Assembly (NCBI GenBank): GCA_965237905.1
Contig: OZ250172.1
Coordinates: 1,248,001 to 1,312,000, forward strand
Direction: 5' to 3'
DNA: 64,000 nucleotides
Source: Nitrospinaceae bacterium
Lineage (GTDB): Bacteria; Nitrospinota; Nitrospinia; Nitrospinales; Nitrospinaceae
The notes under the pieces were generated by a model. That model had not been told where the DNA came from. It made no database searches and saw only the letters and a program-made list of their open reading frames with translations. Of this stretch, positions 9,962-18,875 are shown in pieces. Position numbers and translations under genes: made by a program. Numbering within the stretch: position 1 is the stretch's first letter; each line of letters starts with the position of its first letter.

Positions 9962-11578
9962 TTAAATCCGTCCCGCCATGCCGCCGTAGGCGATGCCGGT
10001 GAGATCGGCCATGTCTTTTTTCCAGGCGGTGAGGTCGCCTGCATTGAACTGGTTGAGGTGAGTGTGACCGCAGGCCCGCGCCAGGACTTTCATCAACTCC
10101 ACCGACGCGTTAAAAAAATTACCGAGCTGTTGGGAGGATTTCTCCATATCCAACCGTTGCCGCAGATGTTCTTTCTGGGTGGCAATGCCCACCGGGCAAT
10201 TGTTGGTATGGCACGCCCGCATGCCGATACAACCGATCGCCTGGATCGCCGCGTTGGAAATGGCAATGGCATCGGCGCCCAGAGCCAGCGCTTTTGCGAA
10301 GTCGGCGGGGACCCGCAGACCACCGGTGATGACCAGCGTGATGTCCTTGCGGTCCAGCCGGTCCAGATAATGCCGCGCGCGTGCCAGGGCCGGAATGGTG
10401 GGAACGGAAATGTTATCGCGAAACAGGAGCGGCGCGGCACCGGTACCCCCGCCGCGTCCGTCCAAAATAATGTAATCGACGCCCACTTCCAACGCCGCGT
10501 CGATGTCGTCTTCAATATGCTGGGCCGACAATTTGTAGCCGATGGGAATCCCACCCGTCGCTTCGCGCACTTCGGCAGCGAATGCCTTGATGGGTTGAAT
10601 GTCTTTCCAGTCCGGAAACCGCGGAGGAGACACCGCTGGTTCGCCTTCTTTGAGACCGCGCACCTGGGCGATCTTACCCTTCACTTTTTCACCCGGCAGG
10701 TGACCGCCGGTTCCGGTCTTCGCGCCCTGCCCGCCCTTGAAGTGAAACGCCTGACACCGTTGAATCTTGTCCATGGAATACCCGAACCGGCCCGACGCCA
10801 GCTCATAAAAATAGCGGCTGTTGGCCGCCTGCTCTTCGGGCAACATCCCGCCTTCGCCACTGCAGATGCCGGTCCCCGCCTGCTCCGCACCCATCGCCAG
10901 TGCCACCTTGGCTTCTTCCGACAACGCACCGAAACTCATGTCCGACACGAATAGCGGAATTTTCAGCGTCAGCGGTTTCTTGGCGTTGGGACCAATGACC
11001 ACTTCCGTGCCTACCGGGTCATCGTCCAACAAAGGCACCGTGGCCAACTGAGCGGTCACAAACTGAATGTCATCCCACAAAGGAAGCTCGTCGCGCGGCA
11101 CCCCCATCGCCGCAACACTGCCGTGATGCCCCAGCTTCGATAACCCCTCTTTCGCCAACTGCTGGATAAAATGGTTGTGCGGCTCTGCATCGGTGCCCCC
11201 GGTATCGGCATACAGCCCGAGATAGGCGTTGCGGTCAAATGGTTGCGGATGCTCTTTTGCCCATTCAGCGATCTCCTCTTCATCCACAAACACGGCTCGG
11301 TTCTCCAACCATGAGGAAAATTTGGGGAGCACTTCTTCGTGGCTGTACTCGCTGACGCCGGTGTCGTACCGGAAATCCCATCTATGAACGCCGCAAATCA
11401 AATTGGTTCCGGACACAAACCCGTCGCTCAACAACGCACCTCGGTGCGGACAGCGGCCATAGAATACGGAAACCTCTTTGTCATACCTGACGATCACCAG
11501 GTCCACATTCGACACCAGCGCATACGCCGGCACCCGGTCTTTAAGAGCGCTCCACTGCGCCACTTCCACTTTTTGCAT
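9962..11578 (-). CDS. Rieske domain fused to FMN-binding glutamate-synthase-family domain
   Basis: N-terminal CPH...CGVH Rieske motif; MSFGALS, SGEGG, GQGAK, DGRGGGTGA, CIGMRACHTNNCPVGIATQ. Confidence 0.9.
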   Translation of the reverse strand: MQKVEVAQWSALKDRVPAYALVSNVDLVIVRYDKEVSVFYGRCPHRGALLSDGFVSGTNLICGVHRWDFRYDTGVSEYSHEEVLPKFSSWLENRAVFVDEEEIAEWAKEHPQPFDRNAYLGLYADTGGTDAEPHNHFIQQLAKEGLSKLGHHGSVAAMGVPRDELPLWDDIQFVTAQLATVPLLDDDPVGTEVVIGPNAKKPLTLKIPLFVSDMSFGALSEEAKVALAMGAEQAGTGICSGEGGMLPEEQAANSRYFYELASGRFGYSMDKIQRCQAFHFKGGQGAKTGTGGHLPGEKVKGKIAQVRGLKEGEPAVSPPRFPDWKDIQPIKAFAAEVREATGGIPIGYKLSAQHIEDDIDAALEVGVDYIILDGRGGGTGAAPLLFRDNISVPTIPALARARHYLDRLDRKDITLVITGGLRVPADFAKALALGADAIAISNAAIQAIGCIGMRACHTNNCPVGIATQKEHLRQRLDMEKSSQQLGNFFNASVELMKVLARACGHTHLNQFNAGDLTAWKKDMADLTGIAYGGMAGRI

Positions 11579-11659
11579 TCAGGTTCTCCATGATTAAGGT
11601 TTGGAATACAGCGATCATGATTAGATCGGTCCAGCAGGCTTGAAATTACTTTTAATTTT

Positions 11660-12550
11660 TTAACCCGTTGTAGATTTTTTGAAGCGGACAATTTTCCATC
11701 CCTGCAGGGCGAGAAGATACCCGTTACCCAGGAAGATTACCAGAACCAGGAACAGTTCCAGTTGGTTCAATAAAGACAATACGATCAGCAACATGGTGTT
11801 GGTACAGACGCACAAGGGACCCATTTGGGTAAGAAAGGTTTTATCGGCAACCCAGCGTTTTTTATGCTCCTCGTTTTCCCGGTAATCCGCCATCTCGCGG
11901 CTGACACGGTCCAGCGCCGCGATCAGCGCATCCTGCCAGCCGTAGACGATATTGTGAAACCGTTGCAGAAAATGAACCCAGGGAGAAGTCTCGCCCGACT
12001 TCACCGCTTGGCGATCTTTTTCCGTTATCGTTTCATTCGTACGATTTTTCTGGTAGGACCCCACCCAGTCGGTATAGCTGACGTAATAATAGACCCAGTA
12101 ACTGCACTGCAAGAGACTGCTGACTAGCGCCATGAGTCCCACTAACAAGATGGGACCGGGACTCGAAGAATCCTGCGCCATCCGAAAGGTGATGGCGCCA
12201 TACACCAGCACGGAAACGATAAAATCAGAAAACGAATCGAGAAAACGGCCGAGACGCGACTCCTCCCCTCTCAGACGCGCCAGGTTGCCGTCGACATTAT
12301 CGAGAAACAATTTTCCATATAAGAAAATTGCGCCCCATATCAGCGCCGTCTCTGTACCCGAAACATAAAACACAGCGGCGATAAGACCCATCCCCAGCGC
12401 AACCATCGTCAATTGGTTGGCGGAAATCGATAACGGATACAAGAGGCGCACCACCCAGCGGTTGGGAAAATACCACCACTCATTCACATCGAAGAACCGA
12501 CAGCCCTCCGGCAGTTTTTCCATTTTGCGAAAGTCGATGGGATCGGCCAT
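11660..12550 (-). CDS. CDP-alcohol phosphatidyltransferase family protein
   Basis: Signature DNVDGNLAR...S..G..LDSFSD and multiple TMs. True start probably ATG 12550, because the longer ORF overlaps the upstream gene. Confidence 0.88.
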   Translation of the reverse strand: MADPIDFRKMEKLPEGCRFFDVNEWWYFPNRWVVRLLYPLSISANQLTMVALGMGLIAAVFYVSGTETALIWGAIFLYGKLFLDNVDGNLARLRGEESRLGRFLDSFSDFIVSVLVYGAITFRMAQDSSSPGPILLVGLMALVSSLLQCSYWVYYYVSYTDWVGSYQKNRTNETITEKDRQAVKSGETSPWVHFLQRFHNIVYGWQDALIAALDRVSREMADYRENEEHKKRWVADKTFLTQMGPLCVCTNTMLLIVLSLLNQLELFLVLVIFLGNGYLLALQGWKIVRFKKSTTG

Positions 12551-12566
12551 GAACGGTCTCCCGGCG

Positions 12567-14285
12567 TCAGCAGATGCCGCAGATTTTGCAGGTGGCGGTG
12601 TCGCACACGGGGGTGTGCTTGTGACGCAGAGCGCGCTGGTAATCCTGCCAGAGAAATTTCGGGAAGTATCCATGATCGACGATATCCCACGGCAAGTGAT
12701 CGTCTTTTTCAAATTGGCGGTATGCCGCATGATCGGGGTGCGGTTCGGCTTTTTGCAACGCGGCTTTTTCGTCGTGGCCGTTGGCAAGATACTCCTGAAA
12801 GAACGACAATACCCGCCGGTCGCCCCGCGATAAATAAGTCTGCAGATACGCTTCGTTGGGCGACCCGAAACTGAGCTCAATGTTCGGCAATTTACCCAGG
12901 GCCTTGCGCACTTTCATGAATCTCTTTTTCAGCACCGCCACACTTTCCATCGGGTGCCATTGAAACGGCGTGCCCGGTTTCGGGATCAGCGGACTCAAAC
13001 CGATGGTGACCGTACCAATGTTGCCGCGTTTGCGGCAGGCCTCCACATACACCTTTTGAACATTTTCGATCAGGCGGAGGAACTGATCGATATCGTCATC
13101 CGTTTCCGTCGGCAGGCCGATGATCGAATAGATTTTGAGATGCAGGATGCCCTTTTCGGTCAGGAAGCGGCACTTGTCGATGACAAAATCGTCGCTCGCC
13201 GATTTGTTGATGACGTCGCGCATACGCTCTGACGGCGCATCGATTGCCACCGTCAAGGTTTTCTGCCCACTCTTAATGATCAGGTCGACCAGCTCGTCAG
13301 TCAGCGTTTCCATACGCAGGGAGGAAAATGAAAGCTTCTTGCCCTCCGCCACCAGCCGCCGCGCCAGACCCAGCAGTTGCGGATGATCGGTCACCGACGG
13401 ACCCACCAAGCCAATAGTCGATGCCTCCTTTCCCTGATTGATCAATACCCGCTCCAGCGAATTATAGGTCTGCGTCAAATCCGGTTCGCGCGGTGGGCGG
13501 TAGATGAATCCGGCGGTGCAGAAGCGGCATGCCCAGATGCACCCGCGCGTCACCTCCATCAACGCCATGTTCTTGAATGCGGTCGCCTCCTCGTGTAGTT
13601 CCGAATGCGTGCACAACTCCGGCGAACCTTCCGGCACCCATTGACGTTCCACGCGCTCGGCCACAAAGGGTTCGGCTTTGAGTGCCGTTTGCTTTGCCTC
13701 GTTATAAACCGGCTCGTAATATTTTGGGACATAGATACCCGGCTGTTGCGCCAGGTCCTTTAATAGTTCGCGCGGGTCGTTCCATGGGGAATGCGTGACG
13801 TGCTTGAAAAACCGTTCCGCCATGCCTTCACCCTCGCCGATGAAGCACAGGTCGAGAATATCCGCCAGCGGCTCCGGGTTGATGAACAACGCCGATCCCC
13901 CGGCAGTAACCAACGGGTATTGCGGTCCGCGTTGTTTGCGGTCCAGCGGAATGCCGAAATAATCGAGAATCAATACCGTGTTCAGGTAATCCGGCTCGAA
14001 GGAGATGGAAAACGCGATGAAGTCGAAGTCCATCGGCAGTCGACCCAGGTCGTGCGAGCGCAGTTGATCCGACTTCAGGGGTTGCGTGGTCGGGTCCCAT
14101 CCCGTCGGCAGGCTGAAGCGGTCGCAGGTCACTTCGTCGATGGCATTCAGCAGGCTGTACACCCGCTGAAATCCGAGATTGGCCAGGGCCACATCGCTGG
14201 TACTGGGGTAGATCAGCAACACGCTGACCGGGCGAATGGCGCCTGAAATCTCGCTTAATTGTTCCTCTAGGGCTGTTTCCATCAT
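12567..14285 (-). CDS. Radical SAM protein with B12-binding-like N-terminal domain
   Basis: YP......NLG, GG.A..INPEP..D...IGEGE, EVTRGCIWACRFC, IGLPTET, PKPGTPFQW. Confidence 0.85.
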   Translation of the reverse strand: MMETALEEQLSEISGAIRPVSVLLIYPSTSDVALANLGFQRVYSLLNAIDEVTCDRFSLPTGWDPTTQPLKSDQLRSHDLGRLPMDFDFIAFSISFEPDYLNTVLILDYFGIPLDRKQRGPQYPLVTAGGSALFINPEPLADILDLCFIGEGEGMAERFFKHVTHSPWNDPRELLKDLAQQPGIYVPKYYEPVYNEAKQTALKAEPFVAERVERQWVPEGSPELCTHSELHEEATAFKNMALMEVTRGCIWACRFCTAGFIYRPPREPDLTQTYNSLERVLINQGKEASTIGLVGPSVTDHPQLLGLARRLVAEGKKLSFSSLRMETLTDELVDLIIKSGQKTLTVAIDAPSERMRDVINKSASDDFVIDKCRFLTEKGILHLKIYSIIGLPTETDDDIDQFLRLIENVQKVYVEACRKRGNIGTVTIGLSPLIPKPGTPFQWHPMESVAVLKKRFMKVRKALGKLPNIELSFGSPNEAYLQTYLSRGDRRVLSFFQEYLANGHDEKAALQKAEPHPDHAAYRQFEKDDHLPWDIVDHGYFPKFLWQDYQRALRHKHTPVCDTATCKICGIC

Positions 14286-14357
14286 ATAATCGAAAGAATT
14301 AATCGGAAATAGCATCATACTCTAAAACTTCCTTGCGGACCAGAGCCCGCGGCACTT

Positions 14358-15464
14358 ATGAACTCAAATCCCCCACAATCCGATCCTAACGAGCGGATGA
14401 AGTCCTATCTGGGAAAGATCGCCACTGGACCCAAAATGAGCAAGGATCTCACCCGGGACGAGGCGGAGGATGCTTTGTTGGTGATTTTAAACGGTGAAGT
14501 ATCGAGCGAACGCGCGGCGGTGTTCCTGATCGCCGCCCGTATGAAACTGGAAACCGTGGAAGAGAATATCGGCTACTGGAAAGCGCTCGATGCCACCACC
14601 GTCAACCAGGAGATGAAATTCGACAAGCTGGTACAAGTCGCCGAGGCGTTCGACGGATTTGAGCGGACGCCCATTTTCACGTTTTACACGATTCCCCTGC
14701 TGACGGAAATGGACCTGCCCGCTTATGGCCATTCAGCTTTACCTCTGCCGCCCAAGTGCGGCATCACGTTCGAGGACCTGCTGGTGAACCATTATGGGGT
14801 TTCAGCGGACCACACCTTTGATCACAGAAAAGCGCTCATCGAGAAATTCGGGTTCGGTTACCTCAGCACGCAACAGAGCCATCCGAAACTGGACGCCTTA
14901 AAATCCCTGCGTACCGAAATCGTAAAACGTCCCATGCTGGCCACGATGGAAAAAATGCTGATGCCGTTGCAGGCGAAGAACAATTACCTCGCCACCAATT
15001 ACTTTCATCCGGGATATGAAGAATCCATGCTGGCTGTCGCCCCGTTGGGCGGTTGGGACATCGCCGTGGTCGGTAATGGGATGGAGGGTTCCATATTATA
15101 TGGCGTGCACAAGACCGCCAAACTGTTCATCCATCTGAATAAGATCGGGGTGCAGGAGAAAAAACTGGATGTCAGCCGCGAGTTGGAGCCCTCAACCGCT
15201 CAACAGATTCAGGAAGCGTTTGAAGCGTTGAAAAAAATCCCCGCGAGCCGGGAGAAAGTGGCCGAACTCGGGGAACAGGCGCTCCAGGGCAAAGGCGGAC
15301 CCACCGCACCGCTCATCGCCTGGCAAGCCGCGACGCTGGGATATCTGTTCGGCCGCTTCCAGGACGTGCCCAGCGGATACGAAACTGCCCACAGCCTTCT
15401 CAACTCCGGCAACTGTTATCAGAAATTGATGGGGTATTTGGAAGAATGTAAAAGGAAGGATTAA
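14358..15464 (+). CDS. Anthranilate-phosphoribosyltransferase-like (TrpD2/YbiB-like) protein
   Basis: KIATGP.MSKDLT.DEA, AAVFLIAARMK.ET, FHPGY, G.EG motifs; the canonical TrpD GTGGD loop is absent. Confidence 0.7.
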   Translation: MNSNPPQSDPNERMKSYLGKIATGPKMSKDLTRDEAEDALLVILNGEVSSERAAVFLIAARMKLETVEENIGYWKALDATTVNQEMKFDKLVQVAEAFDGFERTPIFTFYTIPLLTEMDLPAYGHSALPLPPKCGITFEDLLVNHYGVSADHTFDHRKALIEKFGFGYLSTQQSHPKLDALKSLRTEIVKRPMLATMEKMLMPLQAKNNYLATNYFHPGYEESMLAVAPLGGWDIAVVGNGMEGSILYGVHKTAKLFIHLNKIGVQEKKLDVSRELEPSTAQQIQEAFEALKKIPASREKVAELGEQALQGKGGPTAPLIAWQAATLGYLFGRFQDVPSGYETAHSLLNSGNCYQKLMGYLEECKRKD

Positions 15465-15470
15465 AAAACT

Positions 15471-16196
15471 TCAAACACTAACAGGCGATGCTTCCGGCAT
15501 TTCGTCCCAGGTTCGACCCTCAAGCTCTCGGCCGGCTTTTTTCTTCTGGACGCCACCCCATTGCTTGAAGAAGAATGGGACACCTTGTTTTTCACATTGA
15601 TTTTTGATTCCCAAGACCCATTCTTCTTTCATAGGCCGGGCTCCGGGACCGCTTTCCCCGCCAACAATGACCCAATCGATTTTCTTCAAGCTGAACCGGC
15701 CTATGGGCCCGAGCAACGGCTCGACGGATAAAAACCGCACGTTGGCTGGAACCTTCCTGAGATGATTGACCCGCCACAGAGTATCCCGGTTTTCGACGGA
15801 AACCCCCATCCACACGTTTTTGGGCCAGTTCAGTTTGGGAGCTAACTCTTCCAGGCGCTCCGCTCGCTTGGTCAACACTTGAAAAATATGCCAGTCAGCC
15901 TTGGCCATTACCTCAAATACCTCTTGGATATAAGCTAAGGGCACTTCTTCATGAAACAGATCACTCATGCTGTTGACGAAAATGGTGCGCGATTTTTTCC
16001 ATAAAAGCGGCTGCTCCAGACGCTTGGGCCAAAGCTTAAGGTCAAACCCCTGCTCATAGGGATGCCCCGGTATACCCCGCCACCGCTCGGCAAAGGTTTC
16101 GGCATAACAGTGCGCACAACCCGGACTGATTTTGGTACACCCCGTCACCGGATTCCACGTCGAATCCGTCCATTCAATTGTGGAGTTTTGACTCAC
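15471..16196 (-). CDS. DUF5131 / phage Gp37-Gp68 family radical-SAM-like protein
   Basis: IEWTD.TWNPVTGCTKISPGCAHCYA (CX6CX2C), FVNSMSDLFH, QVLTKR, SVEPLLG, WVIVGGESG, FFFKQWGG. Confidence 0.93.
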   Translation of the reverse strand: MSQNSTIEWTDSTWNPVTGCTKISPGCAHCYAETFAERWRGIPGHPYEQGFDLKLWPKRLEQPLLWKKSRTIFVNSMSDLFHEEVPLAYIQEVFEVMAKADWHIFQVLTKRAERLEELAPKLNWPKNVWMGVSVENRDTLWRVNHLRKVPANVRFLSVEPLLGPIGRFSLKKIDWVIVGGESGPGARPMKEEWVLGIKNQCEKQGVPFFFKQWGGVQKKKAGRELEGRTWDEMPEASPVSV

Positions 16197-16353
16197 AACT
16201 CTATAATTTTCAATAAATTAAAAGATTTAATCTTGTTTAACATTAATAATAGCATTATAGCTGAAAAATTTAACATGATAAAGATATTGCCCTATAATTC
16301 AATTCGGCAACCCAATATGATGCCCAATTTTACTTTTACAAAACTTCGATCTT

Positions 16354-17505
16354 ATGAAACCTGCTGATTATTACAAAGGAAGAGAACAAACCTATTTAAA
16401 GCACTTTTTCTTAGAACATTATTTAGAAAAGGTGGCTCATAAAGTAGGCTTTTATAATCCCAATTTTACGTATGTTGACGGATTTTCAGGTCCCTGGAAA
16501 TCAGAAGATGAAGATTACCAAGATACTTCTTTTGGGATCGCTTTAAATCAATTGCGGATTGCAAGAAAGAATCTTGAAGCACACAAAAGGTATTTAAATT
16601 TAAAATGCCTTTTTATTGAAAAGGGACGGAAAGCCTATCAAGAATTGGAAAAGCAGATCAAAAGTGTGGATGACTTGGAAGCAAAATCCATTCATGGCCG
16701 CTTCGAGGACCTAATACCTGAAATTAAAAATTTTATCGGAAATTCTTTTTCTTTCACATTTATTGATCCCACAGGTTGGACCGGTTTTGCGCTTAATAAA
16801 ATTCAACCCATCTTATTAAACCAAGGAGAGGTTTTAATTAATTTCATGTTTGGTTTTATAAATCGCTTCATAAATTTTCAAGACCAAAAAAATATCGAAA
16901 CTTTTAATAATTTATTTGGAAGCTCGGACTGGAGGGATGAATTAGAAATCGAAATAGCTGGCGGAAAGTCTGACGAGGAGGCCATTTTAACTATTTATTT
17001 AAATCGATTAAAGAAAATTGGAAATTATCCTTTTGTGACTTATACCAAGATATTAAAACCTATTACGGAAAAATCTTTTTTTCATTTAATTTATGGAACC
17101 CGAAATTTGGAAGGACTCAAAGTTTTTAGTAAGATCGAAGAAAAATTATTTAAAGAACAAACGTTTGTCCGAGGTGAAGCTAAACAAAGAAAGCGGGTTG
17201 AAAAAACCGGTCAAGGGGAATTATTTGGATCCGATTTCTTGTCTGAGAATTCCAGACTACTGATTAACGACCGAAATAACAATTTACAAAACGCTGAAAT
17301 TGATCTAAGAAAATTTATTTCAGAGAAAAAATCAATTAAAGGCCAAGAAGTTTTGGGTAGATTTTTAGAGTATCCTTTTGTTTGGGAAAACGATATTAAT
17401 GAGTGGGTAATTAAGAAACTTAAGAAATCAGGTTCGATTGAAATCCCTAATATGAGCCTTCGAGAGCGAACTTTAAAACCTCATCATCAAATTTTAAAAA
17501 AATAA
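16354..17505 (+). CDS. tcmP: Three-Cys-motif partner protein (TcmP family, SAM-methyltransferase-like fold)
   Basis: KH.FL..YL, YVDGFSGPW, FIEK, FTFIDPTGW, EVLINFM motifs; divergent from DUF5131; strongly AT-rich. Confidence 0.82.
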   Translation: MKPADYYKGREQTYLKHFFLEHYLEKVAHKVGFYNPNFTYVDGFSGPWKSEDEDYQDTSFGIALNQLRIARKNLEAHKRYLNLKCLFIEKGRKAYQELEKQIKSVDDLEAKSIHGRFEDLIPEIKNFIGNSFSFTFIDPTGWTGFALNKIQPILLNQGEVLINFMFGFINRFINFQDQKNIETFNNLFGSSDWRDELEIEIAGGKSDEEAILTIYLNRLKKIGNYPFVTYTKILKPITEKSFFHLIYGTRNLEGLKVFSKIEEKLFKEQTFVRGEAKQRKRVEKTGQGELFGSDFLSENSRLLINDRNNNLQNAEIDLRKFISEKKSIKGQEVLGRFLEYPFVWENDINEWVIKKLKKSGSIEIPNMSLRERTLKPHHQILKK

Positions 17506-17517
17506 ACCTGACATTTA

Positions 17518-18165
17518 CTAGTTTTTTTTCAACATCGGTTTGAGGTATTGGAAGACGGTTTGGGTGACGATGGCATAGCCGTTGGCGAGGGGGTGAACGC
17601 CGTCAGGTTGGGTGAGTTCGGGACGCGCCGCGACGTTCTCCAAAAAAAACGGTATGAGCGGAACTTCATATTGTTTTGCCAGCAGGATAAACGACTCCCG
17701 GAAATCCTTACTGTATTCGGCACCCAGGTTGGGGGTGATCTCCATCCCCGCCAACAGAACCTTCGCGCCTTTTTTTTGGCAGATTTCGATGATCGTCCCC
17801 AGGTTTTTGCGCATCTCGCTGATCGGCAGACCGCGCAGGCCGTCGTTGGCGCCCAGTTCGAGGATGACGATCTTCGGCTCATGCTGTAACACCCAGCTGA
17901 TGCGCGCCACGCCGCCAGCCGTGGTGTCGCCCGATACCCCGGCGTTGACCACCTTATAATGGTACCCTTTCTCATCCAGAAGCCGTTGCAGACGAGCGGG
18001 ATAGCTGCCCCGCATATTCACGCCGAACCCGGCGGTGAGGCTGTCTCCGAAGGCGAGAATCACGGGTTCGCCGTATCCAGTGGAAGCATTCATCAAGATC
18101 ACCCCAAATAAAAACACGGAAAAAAGGTTTGTAAGTAGACGTCGGACTCTGTAACAATATTTCAT
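17518..18165 (-). CDS. tesA: Arylesterase / acyl-CoA thioesterase I (SGNH hydrolase)
   Basis: FGDSLTAG, NAGVSGDTT, ELGANDGLRG, DGVHP; divergent from YbbAP as in the known arrangement. Start uncertain. Confidence 0.88.
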   Translation of the reverse strand: MKYCYRVRRLLTNLFSVFLFGVILMNASTGYGEPVILAFGDSLTAGFGVNMRGSYPARLQRLLDEKGYHYKVVNAGVSGDTTAGGVARISWVLQHEPKIVILELGANDGLRGLPISEMRKNLGTIIEICQKKGAKVLLAGMEITPNLGAEYSKDFRESFILLAKQYEVPLIPFFLENVAARPELTQPDGVHPLANGYAIVTQTVFQYLKPMLKKN

Positions 18166-18188
18166 AAGCCTACTCTCACGGAAACCCA

Positions 18189-18875
18189 ATGATCGGAATC
18201 CGACAACTCACCAAATCCCTGCACGGCGGCGGCCACCGGGTGGACATTCTCACCGGCATCGACCTGACCATTCCCGACGGCCAGTTCGTCGCCGTGACCG
18301 GTCCTTCCGGAAGCGGCAAGACCACCCTGCTCAGCCTGATCGCCGGGCTGGACGCGCCCACCGGCGGATCGATCGTGGTGGATGGTGAGGATATCACGAA
18401 ACTGAACGAAGATGAACTGGCCCTCCTGAGGGGCCGCCGGTTCGGTTTCGTCTTCCAGAACTTTCATCTCATCCCCACGCTGACTGCCATCGAGAACGTG
18501 ATCCTTGCGGCGGAGCTGACCGGCGCTTCCGGCGCGCATAAGAAATCCGAGGACCTGCTGGGTGTGGTGGGACTGGGCGACCGCCTGCACCATTACCCGT
18601 CGCAACTTTCCGGCGGCGAACAACAGAGACTGTCGCTGGCGCGCGCGTTCATCAACGAACCGGATATCGTGCTGGCGGACGAACCAACGGGCAATCTCGA
18701 TTCCAAAAACAGCGGGCGTATTCTCGATCTCATCACCGAACTGCACCGGGTGAAGCAGGCGACCATCATTCTCGTCACCCACGAGCCGCACGTTGCAGAA
18801 CGCACGCAACGCATCTTGACCATGGCCGACGGTCAAATCGTGACTGATACCCCGACTTCTGCGAGCGCGCGATGA
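18189..18875 (+). CDS. ABC transporter ATP-binding protein (YbbA/LolD-like)
   Basis: GPSGSGKTT, LSGGEQQR, LADEPTGNLD. Confidence 0.93.
   Translation: MIGIRQLTKSLHGGGHRVDILTGIDLTIPDGQFVAVTGPSGSGKTTLLSLIAGLDAPTGGSIVVDGEDITKLNEDELALLRGRRFGFVFQNFHLIPTLTAIENVILAAELTGASGAHKKSEDLLGVVGLGDRLHHYPSQLSGGEQQRLSLARAFINEPDIVLADEPTGNLDSKNSGRILDLITELHRVKQATIILVTHEPHVAERTQRILTMADGQIVTDTPTSASAR

Noticed and set aside
12551..12880. N-terminal extension of the CDP-alcohol transferase ORF
   Set aside because: It overlaps the radical SAM gene in another frame; ATG 12550 gives a normal protein.
15465..17517. Prophage or transposon around the Gp37/Gp68-family gene
   Set aside because: No structural phage genes, integrase, transposase or target-site duplication visible.
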